Of a stretch of DNA of 64,000 bases, positions 22,690-36,600 are shown in pieces; position 1 is the first letter of the stretch; each line of letters begins with the position of its first letter. This stretch comes from Euglena gracilis (lineage: Eukaryota). The position numbers were made by a program, and so were the translations under genes. Under the pieces are notes generated by a model. That model saw nothing but the letters and a program-made list of their open reading frames with translations, was not told where the DNA came from and did not search any database. The stretch covers positions 37,991,703 to 38,055,702 of the forward strand of contig CP154954.1 of NCBI GenBank assembly GCA_039621445.1. Direction: 5' to 3'.

Positions 22690-25600
22690 CCCCTGTGTTC
22701 TGGGTCATTTTCGGGTCAACAAATTCAAAAAAGCAAAGAAAAATTCGGGTCAAAAAAATTCTGGGCTGGGCGATCGGGCTGCAGGCTGGGCCGTGCCGGG
22801 CCGGGCCGGGCCTCCGGTACGCCAAGTTGCCAACTTCCAGAAATAATGTACGTTTTCTCGAGATATGTTTTTTTTAAAAAAATCGATTTTTTTACCAATT
22901 TCTGAACCCCGGCGAAATGGCAGAGCCAGAAGAGGGGGGGCGCGGGCCAATCCTACCCAGTTTGGACCGCTTCGCGGGTGAGTAACTCGGGCCTGGCGGG
23001 GAGTTGTGGGTCAAATGGAGGTGATTCGGAAACTCGATATCCAGTGTCCTGCGACTGAAAAGAAAAAAACGGTTGTAAGCTTCGCTCTAACTCAGAAGAG
23101 ACGAGAACTCAACGGCCCCCACTATAACCAGGTTTTGTGTAGTGCTGAGCTCTTCACGTGTGCGATGGTTCCATGCTGCAGCAGGTGTTTGGGGCGTGTG
23201 GCAGTCAGGGCAGCCTGGCCCAGCCCGGCCCGGCCCGGCGACCCAGCCTGGCAGCCCGGCGCTCGGCAGGACCGCCTGACTGGAGGTCGAAAACATTTAT
23301 TTTCAGCGCCAAAACAGTTTTTCCTGGTCCAGGAGGCCATAACACATGGTTTGGGGCAATTATTTTTTCGATGTTTCGAGGAACAATATGACCCCCTGGG
23401 GGCCACCTCGGGAAGCGGTGGATTATCACCATGACCCCGGCTCTGTTCCCAAAATCTTATTCTTCAGTCGCAAGAGACTGGATCCCGAGTTTCCAAATCA
23501 CCTCTGTTTGATCCCCAACTCCTCACCAGGCCCGAGTTATTCACCCGCGAATAAGTCCAAACTGGGTCCTCTTCCGACTATCCCATTTAGTTGAGGTCCA
23601 AAAATCGGTCAAAAATATCTCGAGAAAACGTACATTAATTCCGAAACTGTCGGTCAGCAAATGTACCTCTGGAAGCCCTCTATCACCCCCCCCCCCCCAC
23701 CCCCGAACTCCGTTTTTTTTTGGGCTGCCAACACGCCTCCCAAAGGCGCAAAGCTGAATTTGAGTTTTCTGTGTGCGTTTTTGTGTGTGTTCAGGGTTCT
23801 GATAGAAGGAGGGAGGGTGTGTGGGGTTTAGGTTGAGGAATTTCGGAGGATTTTTTGGGGGGAAGAATTTTCGGCCCGGCGCTTCGAGCCGGGCCAAAAA
23901 TTGGCCACCCAGGCCACCACTGTTTAGGTGAGGGTGTATATGTTCTTTATATCGAAACCTGCTGTGGTTTTGCATCACATTTTCGGGGGGTCCTATTGCC
24001 AAAAAGTTTGTAATGCAGGCCAGTGATGTTAGAGTGCAGCACATAAATGGTTTTCTTTTGCCTTGTTCAAACCATTGCTTGAAAACAGTTTTTTCGGGTC
24101 TGGGAGGCCAAAAAAAAAAACATTGCTTTGGGGATTTTTTTCCGACCTTTTTGACCTAAAAATGGCCAAAAAACGGCTGAAGTCAAAATAGGCCAAAATT
24201 TTTTCATGAGGAGGACATTTAGAATGCTCCTATGCAGCATACCATCCATTATTCTCTCAAATGTAATCTTGGTAATCCGAGCTGTCACATTTGAAACAAA
24301 AAATCCCCACCTGCATTGCTGAACATCGATAACCCCCCCCCCAAATTACACCCCCCCAAATAACTCCCCCCCCAAATTACCCCCCCCCCCCCTCGGGGGC
24401 CGATTTCGGGCGCTCAAATAACACACCCCCCTGTTTTCCTTTGGTTTTCCATGTAAAAATAACACATCCCCCCAAATAACACCCCCCCCGGGGCCCCACC
24501 TCGGGTGCCCAAATAACACACCGGGGGGGGGTGTCTTATTTGGGGGGTTACATTCAATGCCTATGGAGCATTTTTTCACATTATCCGTGACGTTTCATGA
24601 GACACGACTCCGCATTATGCAGTTGCTCAGCCTACCTGAAATCTGGTGACTTCCAACCTTTTGGGCGATGGCCCTTTGAACGGACATAAACAGCCCAAGG
24701 GTTGGCGTCAGGCGTCGCTTAAAAGGGTCAGTTTTGGCAAACCACAAACTGATGATAAAGCATAAAGTAGGTCAAGAATTCTCCTGGGGCCCAAATGGCC
24801 ATCATCTTCAAGTGAAAATTGTACAAAAATGGCCAGAATTGGCCAAAAAAAATGGGCCGAAACTTGGGCTGGGCGAGAAGTTACGGGGAAATCAAAATAC
24901 TGTTAGACAGGGCATTTTTAGGGCTCCAAGTAGGTCTCTGTACATTTCCTTTGATTCCCCACCATTTTTCAAAAAAATCAGCAAAATCGATTTTTTTTTT
25001 GGCCCAGAAATCGGCCAGAAAGGGATGAGTTGGAAGCCTGCCGCGCTGTTCTGGTTGTCGATCAGCAAATGTTTCCCTGGAGGCCCTCTATCACCTCCCC
25101 CTCCCCTGAACGCCGTTTTTTTTTTGTTTCTAACATGCCTGGCCTGTGTTCTGGCGCGCTTTTATGGCCATAAATGGTCATTTTGGGGTGTTTTGGGGGG
25201 GGGGGGGGCGTTTTTTTGGCAAAAAATCAGGTTTCCAAATATTTCGGCAATGATACAAAGTCAAAAAGAAATGTACAGAGACCTAAATTGAAGCCCTTAA
25301 ATTGCCCTATCCAACAATATTTTGATTTCCCCGCAGCTGCCCCGCCAAATATGGCCGATTGACGGCCCAAAACTGCACGGCAGGCTTGCGACTAGCCGTT
25401 TTGGCCGCTTTTTTTTTTGGAGGGGGTCGAAAAGTCGATTTTCTGAGATTTCTTAAAAATGGTGGGGAATTAAAGGAAATTTCCGAGAAATAAATTGAAG
25501 CCCTTAAAATGCCCTGTCTAACAGTATCTTGATTTCCTCGCAACTCCCCGCCCATCCTGAGTTATGGCCCCTTCTTGGTCAATTTCGGTCATTTTGTACA

Positions 25601-27411
25601 GTTTTGGCCTATTTTGACTAAGCCGTTTTGGCCATTTTTAGGTCAAAAAAGTCGAAAAACATCGGAAAAATTTTATTGTTCCAAACGGTGTTCTTTTGGC
25701 CTCCCATACCCGAAAAACTGTTCTCATGCCAAAATGAGAGTTTTTCAACTCCCCCTCCTGCCCCCCCCCACCCCCCGTTTCTGGCCCGAATCCCATGCAC
25801 TTTGGGTCATCTCTGGATCAAAAAAAGTCGAAAAACATCGAAAATTTCTGCCTAGAACCTTGTTTTTTTGGCCTCCCGGACCAGGAAAAACTGTTTTCGA
25901 GCCAAAAACCAGCATTTTTTGACCCCCGGGGCCCCGTCTGTGGCCCGAACCCATGAAACCCATGTGTTCTGGGTCACTTTCGGGTTAACAAATTTAAAAA
26001 AAAGCGAAAAAATTTTCGGGTCAAAAGAATTCTGGACTGGGCGACCGGGCTGCAGGCCGGGCCGTGTCGGGCCGGGTCAGGCCGGTACGCCAAGTTGCCA
26101 ACTTCCAGAAATAATGTACGTTTTCTCGAGATATTTTTTTAAAAAAAATCGATTTTTTACCGATTTCTGAACCCTGGCGAAATGGCAGAGCCAGAAGAGG
26201 GGGGGCGCGGGCCAATCCTACCCAGTTTGGACCGCTTCGCGGGTGAGTAACTCGGGCCTGGCGGGGAGTTGGGGGTCAAATGGAGGTGATTCAGAAACTC
26301 GATATCCAGTGTCCTGCGACTGAAAAGAAAAACACGGTTGTAAGCTTCGCTCTAACTCAAAACAGACAAGCCAAAATATCTCGAGAAAACGTACATTAAT
26401 TCCGGAAGTGTCGGTACATCTGGAAGCCCTCTATTACCCTCCCCCCCCCGAACCCCGTTTTTTTTTTTGGCTGCCAACGCGCCTCCCAAAGACGCAAAGC
26501 TGAATTTGAGTTTTTTGTGTGCGTTTTTGTGTGTGTTCAGGGTTCTGATATAAGGAGGGAGGGTGTGTTGGGTTTAGGTTGAGGACTTTTGGATTTTTTA
26601 GGGGTGAAGATTTTTCGGCCCGGCGCTTCGAGCCGGGCCAAAAATTGGCCACCCAGGCCACCACTGTTTAGGTGAGGGTGTATATGTTCTTTATATCGAA
26701 ACCTGCTGTGGTTTTGCATCACATTTTCGGGGGGTCCTATTGCCAAAAAGTTTGTAATGCAGGCCAGTGATGTTAGAGTGCAGCACATAAATGGTTTTCT
26801 TTCACCTTGTTCAAACCATTGCCTGAAAACAGTTTTTCCGGGTCTGGGAGGCCAAAAAAAAACATTGCTTTGGGGATTTTTTTCCGACCTTTTTGACCTA
26901 AAAATGGCCAAAAAACGGCTGAAGTCAAAATAGGCCAAAATTGTACAAAATGGCCAGAATTGGCCAAAAAAATGGGCCGAAACTTGGGCTGGGCGAGAAG
27001 TTACGGGGAAATCAAAATACTGTTAGACAGGGCATTTTTAGGGCTCCAAGTAGGTCTCTGTACATTTCCTTTGATTCCCCACCATTTTTCAAAAAAAAAA
27101 TCAGCAAAATCGATTTTTTTTTTTGGCCCAGAAATCGGCCAGAAAGGATGAGTTGGAAGCCTGCCGCGCTGTTCTGGTTGTCGATCAGCAAATGTTTCCC
27201 TGGAGGCCCTCTATCACCTCCCCCTCCCCTGAACGCCGTTTTTTTTTTTTGGCTGCCAACATGCCTGGCCTGTGTTCTGGCGCGCTTTTATGGCCATAAA
27301 TGGTCATTTTGGGGTGTTTTGGGGGGGGGGGGGCGTTTTTTTGGCAAAAAATCAGGTTTCCAAATATTTCGGCAATGATACAAAGTCAAAAAGAAATGTG
27401 CAGAGACCTAA
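22690..27411. repeat. Tandem duplicated composite repeat block (22690-25283 vs 25960-27411) with fold-back sub-repeats
   Basis: Colinear near-identity by eye; the first copy has extra inserts at about 23095-23610 and 24201-24820. Confidence 0.8.
24201..24820 (+). mobile_element. ~620-bp insertion with AAAATT target duplication
   Basis: Empty sites GGCCAAAATTGTACAAAA are present at about 26933-26950 and 21920-21937. Confidence 0.85.
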
Positions 27412-27601
27412 GTTCACCACATGGGTTGCATTTCCACAGGGCTCTTTGAATGAACAGTGCGACCCGGGCTGGCCGTTTTTCTCATTATGATGCGGCGTTT
27501 TGGAGGGCGGTTTTGATGGGCCGAAGGTTGCACCGCTGAAGCCGCCGATTCTTTTGGGCTTCGCGCGATCCTTGCCGCCGCCACGCGCCCCCTCTTCGCA
27601 G

Positions 27602-27691
27602 GCTTTCAGCCACTTCACATACACCCACTCCAGCGGCTTCTTCCTGGTCTGTGACATCCAGGGAGTCGGGGACCGCTACACCGATCCTCAG
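27602..27691 (+). CDS. Alpha-kinase exon AFSHFTYTHSSGFFLVCDIQGVGDRYTDPQ
   Basis: cgcag| acceptor and |gtgccc donor; 90 nt; catalytic DxQG and DPQ motifs. Confidence 0.95.
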
Positions 27692-30600
27692 GTGCCCCGT
27701 TTTGGCCCCCATCCACATGCCCCCTGCGCTGTCATTGGATCAAAGTCCAGGGCCGGTGCCGCCCATCCAGGGGCAGAACGGGAATCGGCCAAACAGCCAG
27801 GGTGGTGGGTGGGGGGGGTCGACCACCCCCTCCCCCACCCCCTGCATGGTGGGTGGTGGTGGGGGGGGGGGTCGCTCAACCCCCCCACCCCTCTTCTCTA
27901 TTTCCGGGAGCCAATTTTTGGACCCAAAAAATTTTCTGCAACTTTTGGCGCCGGGTGTTTTTTTTTTTTGACCCATTTTGGGACCCCTGTGGGAGGTCCC
28001 CCCAAAAACCCCCCAAAACCCCTTTTTTTCACACCTTCCAAAAATTCAACATTTTCTCAAATTTTTGATTTTGAGAGGATCTTGAAGCAAAAAATGCCAT
28101 CGAAAGTCCAAAGAATTTCAAAGAGAAAAAATGTCTGCGCCAGAATTTTGCCCACCTTTTTTGCCCTTTGTTTTTTTTCACCCCCCTCCTAAAAACCAAT
28201 TTTAACCCTGGTTTTTTTGAGTTTTTTTCGTGGAAAAAAATGTGGTTTTTCATCAAGAAATCATATGTTTTGGGTTCATTTTTCAAAAAAATTTCAAAAA
28301 ATTTTCCGGCTAAAATACCCCGTTTTCCCGAAATCAGTGAAAATGCTGTGGTGGGGGGGGGTTCGACCCCCCCCCCCCACCTCCCGGGTGGGGGGTAGAC
28401 CCCCCCCACCAGGCCTTCCCGTTCTGCCGGGATTGGTCGGTTCCCTCATCTCTTCGGCTGGCCACCTTCTCCCCCGCCTGCAGGTCCACTCCAAAGATCA
28501 GAAAGGGTTCGGCCGGGGCAACATGGGACTGCAAGGTTTGCTTGCTCTGGTCGCCAAGCATGTGGTTTGCGCTTTCTGGGTCCTGGTTTGCTTTCCCTCT
28601 GTCCCCTTCCATGCCTGTCTGCAGTTCAGGCTGATTACAGTCCGGACAAATATGGCCATTTTTGGGCATGTTTTGCAATAAAAAAAAACAGACACCCAGA
28701 AGACCATTGTGACCAGTCATTTTTTGAAGTTTTGAGTTCCTTTTTTTGCCAAAGAAACGTAATGACAAGTAGAAAGAATTTCCAACATTTTTGGTGATAA
28801 TATTGAGGCTTCCCCCATTTTTGTCCACACTCTTTGTCGTTTTGTGTCAAATGAAAAAATTGACAACCCTGAACGTTCCCCAACCCCCCGCCCAAAGGGC
28901 GTTAAAAAGGGGGGAATGAGGGGGAAATGATTCCCCCTCATTTTCGTTTCCCGTCATTCTTTGTCCGGACTGACGCGGCCCCGTTGCTGCGCGGCTGGCA
29001 TCCATGGGCCTCTCCCCCATCCCATCCCCCCCAGGCATCAACCGGTTCTTCGCCACCCACGAATGCAACTCCATCTGCATCCACCTCGGCATCGACACCA
29101 ACCGGCGCAAGAAGAAGGTGGACGTGGGGACGAAGCCGCCGCCCAACTGGGGGCCCAACCGCCCCAAACCGGGCCCCGCCGCCCACCCGGCCCACGGCGG
29201 GCCCTTCAGCCTCACCGACGAGGTCTGCCTCCCCGCCGGGGGGTTGCTCCAGCCGGAGGGGCTGCTGAAGGGGGCTGGCTGGCTGGACCCCCTGGGGGGG
29301 GGTTAGGCTGATTTCGGGGATTCGGCTCAAATTTTTGGCGGGCAAACTCCAACCCAGCCGGATTTGACCTTTTTCTTCAGGGTTTGGGTGCCAGTTCGGT
29401 CCAACCTGTCATCCAAATCCCCCAGTAGCTCTTTCCAGCTGAAAAATTGGGCCTGCAGGGCAGGGGGGAATTGATGTCCGCAATTTCCTGCAATTTCCAC
29501 AGTTTTTCCACAATTTCTGCAATTTTTCCTCATTTTTTTCCCTTTTCCTCAATTTTTCTGCATGAACCTGAGATTGAAGGCAAAATGAGTTCCGGCCATT
29601 CCTGGTGGTTTTTTCACATATGGCACAAAGTGGGGCCCCCATACCTGGGGTATGGGGGTGGTATGAGGTATGGGGTATGGGGTATGGGGTATGGGGTATG
29701 GGGTAGGGGGGGAAAAGGTGAGGTTTATTTTTTTGCCGGGGGGGTCCGGGGGGGCGGGAGCCCCCCCCCCCGGGCACTGGAACAGTTTCATACGTTGCGC
29801 GATTAACTTGCTTAGAGCTCCGTGATTAAGATGAGGTTTATTTTGGGGGTTATTGGGGTATGGGGTATGGGGTATGGGGTATGGGGTATGGGGTATGGGG
29901 TATGGGGGTGGTATGGGGGCTCCACTTTGTGCCATGACTCGGTTTTTTTTGTTATTTTGTTAAAATTTTGCCAATTTTTCACAAATTTTGAGAAGATTTG
30001 GCAATTTCTGGGCCTTTTTTTGAAATTTTCCCCCCAATTTCTGCTGGAAAATGATTTCGGAAAATTTTGCATCCTGGACCAGATTTTACCTGATGCCAAA
30101 GTTTTTTTAAAATACCTAATACCAAAGTTATTTTTTTTGCCATTTTTTTGGATTTCTCACCCAAGGATGTCCATATTTCCAGAATCATCATGTTTTTTCC
30201 AAAATTATTTGGACCTTTCTGTTGTAAAAAATGTGGATATAACAGCTCAAAATTTACATAAGTCCCAAAACCACAAGTTCCACAATTTTCCCGCAACTTT
30301 TCCGAAGGCGTCCAACATCAATTCCCTCACCCACAGGGCGCAAGAAAACCACTGCCCCCTGGGTTTGTTTTGCATTTTTGGATCCAACGAACCAGCTGAG
30401 GGGCACATTCATTGTCTAGGATTTCTTTTTGAATAGCTCCCCCTGCAATCCTGGGTCGGACTGCAGCAAGTCCAAAGTTGGTTTATGGGAATCCTTGTGG
30501 ACCCCCTGGGGTGGGGTCCGCTAGCAGGGCTGGTGAGTGGGAATTTTTTTTCACCATTTTTGAAGCGCTGAAGGGCCGGACCCCCCCCCCCCCAAAGGCC

Positions 30601-33600
30601 AAAAAAGCCCATTTTTTAGATTTTTTTTGGAATAGAATCAGCTGATAAGCATTAAACACCTCATTTCCACCGCAGCATGAACCGCCAGAAGATTTTTTTA
30701 AAAGTTGGGGGGACCGCAGACCCCTGGGGGGGGGGGGAGGGGGTCCAGCTGGTCCATTATTTCCAGCGTCTAACAAAATGGCTGGCCAGTGTACCCTGCA
30801 GGTCCTCAAGCACTTAGGCGGCCGGATTCGCACTTAAGCTTTTTTCGTTTTATTTGCGCACTTGCGCGCATTTACAATTTTTTTGATTGTGCTTTGTTTC
30901 AGCTGTGAAGGTCCGGGGGGTTTGAAAACACGTGAACGAGAGAGCGCAAAAAATGAGGAAAATTCTGATTTTGGCTTGGAGACCCCCGGGACTTTGGCGA
31001 AAAATGGTGTTTTTGGGGGTGTCGGGAAGGACTTTGTAAGTTGAAACCCCCGGGACCCTGCCGGCCCACCCTGAAAAAAACGCAAAAAAGCACCATAGGA
31101 ACGGGACCTTTACTGCCCCTGTTGCTTTTTTCGGCTGTGTCCCCGGGTGTGTCCGAACTGCCGGCTGTGTGACTCCTGGGTGTTTGCCAGACTGGTTTGT
31201 TTCCGGCACCTTGGTGTGGTGTTCTTGGGCTGTTTGTTGAAGTGCGGGGAGGAGAGGCCGGGGGGTGTGGGTGTGGTGTGACCAAGCCGGCAGGAAGGAC
31301 ACAGGGAAAGGAAGGTGAGTACCGGGTGTTGGGCAAGGGATGCGCAGAGGGGGAAGAAACGGGGTCCGCAGGGAATGAAGGGAATAAAGGGGACGGGTGT
31401 CTGCCTCCCGGCTTATACCCAGGATGCGCACAACCAGTGGTGTGGCAAAGAACCCTGCAGGAGAAGCCAAACACTGGAAGGGCAAAATTGTGTTTATGCG
31501 CGCAAATGCGCGCACCAACATGTTTATGTTGATGCGCGCAATTGCGCGCATCAACACAATTTTGTCCTTCTGGGATTGGGCTTTGGCACCCATGAACTGA
31601 CGCCGTTGAAAAACTGCGTAACATAGAGGCCCTGACGGTGCGGCCTGACGGGACATCCAGTTGGTGAGTTTGTCACACTGTTTGCCAACGGCGCAAGCTT
31701 ATGGGCGCAAATGCGCGCACAAACACAATTATGTTTTATGCGCGCATTTGCGCAAATGCGCGCATAAAACATAATTGTGTTGGTGCGCGCATTTGCGCAA
31801 ATAAACACAAAAAAGAACAGTGTGACGGAAACACACCCGTCAAACACTGACAGCAGATGTGGTTCATTTGCGCATTTGCGCGCTTCACGTTGTTTGTGGG
31901 CTCAAATGCGCAAATAAACTGTATGAAGAAACTGCACAAATTACTATGTTTATTTGCGCATTTGCGCCCATAAAACAACGTGATGTGCGCAAATGCGCAA
32001 ATAAACCATTAACGGAGGAGTAGAAAACGATTGCGTTTGCCTCTCCTGCAACTATTTGGTGGCTTCTGAATGGGTTGAAAGCAAATGACCACACCGTCAC
32101 CTCCGCTCTCTGGTGTTATTGTGCCGTTTTTGGACCATTGACAGGTCCCACAAAAGATGGAGACATAGGATCTCCAGAAGGTGCGTGCATAGCCACCCAG
32201 TAACGGTACACGTCCAGCGGCCCCGATTTTTGGGTCCCAAGGGCCCTGCCCAGGCATTATTTTTTTTTAAGGCGAGATTTCTCAAAAATTTTTAAGGCGT
32301 TTTTTAAGGTTTTTTAAGGTTTTTTAAGGTTTTTTGAGGAATTTTAAAAATTTTTAAGGTTTTTTAAGGCATTTTTTTTCATTGCAATTACTTGAAATTT
32401 CTGACCCTATTCAGGACATTTGCTTGCCTGTTGGCTTTAAATGGCCTAAAATGACCTCAAATGGGGAAATTTTGGGGCTTGACCATAGGTGACCAAGACT
32501 GCTTGTTTTTTTTGAAACAAAGAAATGTTTTTTTAAAAAAGCATGTTTTTTAAAAAAAACTTTTTTTAAAAAACAAGTTTTTTATAAATAGTTTTTTTAA
32601 AAAGAAAACAAGTTTTTTTAAAAAATATGTTTTTTTTGTTTTTTGTTTTTTGTTTGAGTTTTTTTTTTGTTGAAAAAACACAACAAAAAAATCTGGAAAA
32701 ATTTAAAAACGTCACTTTTTGATGACAAAAAATTATTTTAGAACTTTTTCCTCAAAAAAATGGCCATTAAACTCCCTCAAACCACCATTTTTCACACCTT
32801 CCAAAGAATCAACATTTTCTCAAAATTTTGAATTCGAGAGGTTTTTGAAGCAAAAAAATGCCATTGAGCAATTTGGGTTGACTCCTCTAAGAATGTCTCA
32901 AGTTATTCAAATCAAGAAAGATGTGGTTGCAAGTTTTGCTTTTTCTGGCCGTGTGTCACAGCTTTTGGTGAACCGAGGCCAACCGAACTATGCCAGAAAC
33001 CTTGGCAAACAATCCGGTTTTCATATTGTTTGTTCATATTGTTCTGCATTGACTGGCTTTATGCAGGGTTTCAGACATGCCATTATTTTGTTTGGTGCAA
33101 GAAAAAAAATTCCCAGGGAGAATTTTTAAGGTTTTTTAAGGTCATCACGGGGAGGAAAAACTTCCCCGGGGTGATTTTTTTAAGGTTTTTTAAGGTTTTT
33201 TAAGGTTTTTTAAGGCATTTTGGCAAAAAAAATTTTAAGGTTTTTTAAGGTTTTTTAAGGTTTTTTAAGGCGCCTTAAAAAATAATAATGCCTGGCCCTG
33301 CCGCTGACCTACGGTCTGGGCTCCACTGTTAAAGCCCCATCAGCTGCTGATGCTTCAGCACCCAACAGGTCAGCATCCACTTCCCCGGTGCAACGACACC
33401 CACCACAGCGACCGCGTTATACCCCACAAACGGGGTGTGAGACTGGGGGTATGACGTGGTGCCAGTGCATGGCAATTGGCATCCGAAGAGAGATAGCCCT
33501 CAAACACCCGTTACTTTGGATGCAAGGAAGTGGTGAAGCTTTACCCCTGGGTGCATCAAAGCGGTGGGACCCACTCCCCCCAAATTATGCACAAAAACCA

Positions 33601-36600
33601 GTATTTTTTTACCTTTTTCAAGGGAAAAATGGCAAAGAAAACCGTCAAACGGACTACGGCCCGACACGTCCCGGGTATTTCAGGTGCCAAATTTTGTCTT
33701 CTTGTAACGCAGTCCTGTTGCACAAAAGGTGTCGAACAGTCACTGGTCGTGTGCATGTCATCAATTCATTACGTTTAACTGCCAAACGGATGACGCCAAA
33801 ACAACAGGTCGTGTGGGCCGGGGAACAGCAGTGCAAATGCACACATGTAAGGCAGGCAAATTTTGGCCAGTCAAATGCTGTGTTCCAGTGAACACTCCAC
33901 ACCACCTCTCGTCACAAATTTCATCACCATGTAATTGTGGCCCAAACCATTGGTTGGCGTGAGGAGTTGCGTTCGCCAGATGTCACGGAGGAGGAGATGG
34001 TATCGCACAACTCATGTCCGTTGATGCGCGCAATTGCGCAAATAAACACAGCTTTGTTTGTGTGCTCTAAGACTCCTACAAACACATTATTTTGAAGTGG
34101 TGTATAAAGTGTTTATTTGCGCATTTGCGCAAATGCGCGCACAAACGTAATTGTGTTTATTTGCGCAACTGCGCGCACCAACACGTCCATAACGTCTTTA
34201 AACCTCATAGGAGCATGGTCCTCATTGGTGTCTTTTAACATAGAAAGTAAAAGTACATGTTGGTGGGCGCATTTGCGCAAGTAAACATAAACGTGTTGGT
34301 GCGCGCATTTACGCAAATGCGCACACCAACAAATGTGTTTGTGGGCGCATTTGCGCCCATAAACACGTCATTTTAACATTATCGGTGTACGTTTTATTTG
34401 CGCAAATGCGCCAATCAAACACAATTGTTTTTATTTGCGCAATTGTGCGCACAAACACACATCAATTGCGTGACGGCTGCCTCACGTAGTCTGTATGTTT
34501 GTGGTGTTGTTATCTAATGAGGCCCAGTGTGTTCTTACCGGCGGCGGCAGTCTCACAGCCAGTTCAGCCAGCACGTCAGCACCGTTTCCCAGTGCCGTAA
34601 CAAGGGGTGTGTGCCTCTCTCCCGTTTGAGGTACAACAGCACAAGTCTCACCATCCGCCCTATTAACGTCACCTGGTAAGCAGCATGCACACCAGACCAC
34701 TGGTAGTTAATCCCCTCCAATGCAGGGGTGTAGCGGTTCTTAAATCGTGTTCTGGGTGTCAGGGTACAGGGTCCCAGGGGTTACAAAAAAAATGGTACAT
34801 TTGCGCAATTGCGCGCATCCAAAGGAAAAAAGCTTAAGTGCGAATCCGGCCGCCTAAGAAGCAATGGCCTGGTAACCACCTACCCAATTTAATAACCACT
34901 GACTCACACTCATTCAGCTGGAACCCCCCAAGTCGGTCAGAACCCTGACATATTATGCCACTCATGATTTGCTCACCCATTTATTTTTTTGAGGACTGCA
35001 GTTTGTCATCTTTGGCATCCCTATGACTTAGTCACTGCACTCCCCCCCCCCCCGTTTTCAAAGCGACTACCCCCCCCCCCCTAGTCGTTCCACCCCCCCT
35101 CCTTTACGACCACCCCCCAGTCACAGGTTGCAGGTCATGGGGTGTTATGACCACCCCCCTGGTCACAGGTTGCAGGTTGCGAAAAACTTAACACCACCTT
35201 ACCTATGACCGCCCCCTCATTTACGACCACCCCCCGGTCATAGGTTGCAGGTTATGGGGGTGTTATGACCACCCCCCCCCCCCCGGTCACAGGTTGCAGG
35301 AACCCGGTCATATGACTAGGGGGGGGTAACTGGTTTTTGGTGTGTATGTTGGGGGCAGGCATTACTTTTTTTAAGGCGAGATTTCGCAAAAAAATTTTTA
35401 AGGCGGTTTTTTAAGGTTTTTTAAGGTTTTTTGACGAATTTTTAAAAATTTTAAGGTTTTTTAAGGCTTTTTTTTCCTCAGGTAAAATCTCAGACCCCGA
35501 AGATGGCCCGAAGGCTTCAGACTCCTGTGGCTTCGGAACGCCCAGGGAAGAAGCCTCGGGCGAAGCATGGGATCAGGGCGGTCCATGAGACACAGTTATT
35601 GCCATTTTAGGCATTTTAGGAATTTTAGGCGATTTTAGCTGTGGGTTCTTGCATATGGGTCCCAAAATGGGTCAAAAAAAACACCCAGCGTCGAAGGCGC
35701 CGGAAAAAATATTTCGGGTCCAAAACTGCCCTGGAGGGGCAATCCTTAAGGGGCAGTTAACCGGAAAAAAAAACCGTCCCTGGTGGACTTCACGCCAAGC
35801 TTATGGGACTGTGGGAGTTAATCCCCTCCAATAGAGGGGTGTAACAGTTCTTAAATCATGTTCCAGGTGTCAGGGTACAGTGTCCTAGGGGTTTCGCAAA
35901 ATTTGCGCGTTTGCGCAAATGCGTCCATTTCAAAGGAAAAACCCTTAAGTGCGAAATCTGCCGCCTAAGGTGGACCGCCCTGACCCATGCACCCACACCG
36001 GATAGCCTCATGAACACTGACAAAATAATCCAATTTTTTCATGTGAGCAATACCAAATGCGTGCCCATGCAGTGTGCCGCCATACACGTTGCTCAAAACC
36101 TTGTTGCATGGTGATACAGAGTGGGTCACCTCGAAACTCGGAAATCGAAACCATCCATTTTTTTTCATTGCAATTATTTTAAATTTCTGACCCTATTCAG
36201 GACATTTGCTTGCCTGTTGGCCTTAAATGGCCTAAAATGGCCTCAAATGGGGAAACTTTGGGGCTTGACCATAGGTGCTTGCCAAGGTTGACTGCTTGTT
36301 TTTTTTTGAAACAAAAAATGTTTTTTTTTAAAAAAACGCACTGTTTTGCTGCTTGAAATGCCGTGGCAAGTGTGGGAAACTGCTCCAGCGTAGTAAATTG
36401 TCCCAAATCAGGATTTTTTTGTTGTTCATGCAACTTTTGCTGCAATTGCATTTTAGAGCAATTTGGGTTGACTCCTCTAAGAATGTCTCAAGTAATTCAA
36501 ATCAAGAAAGATGTGGTTGCACGTTTTTCTTATTCTGGCCGTGTGTCACAGCTTTTGGTCAACCGAGACCAACCGAACTATGCCAAAAACCTTGGCAAAC

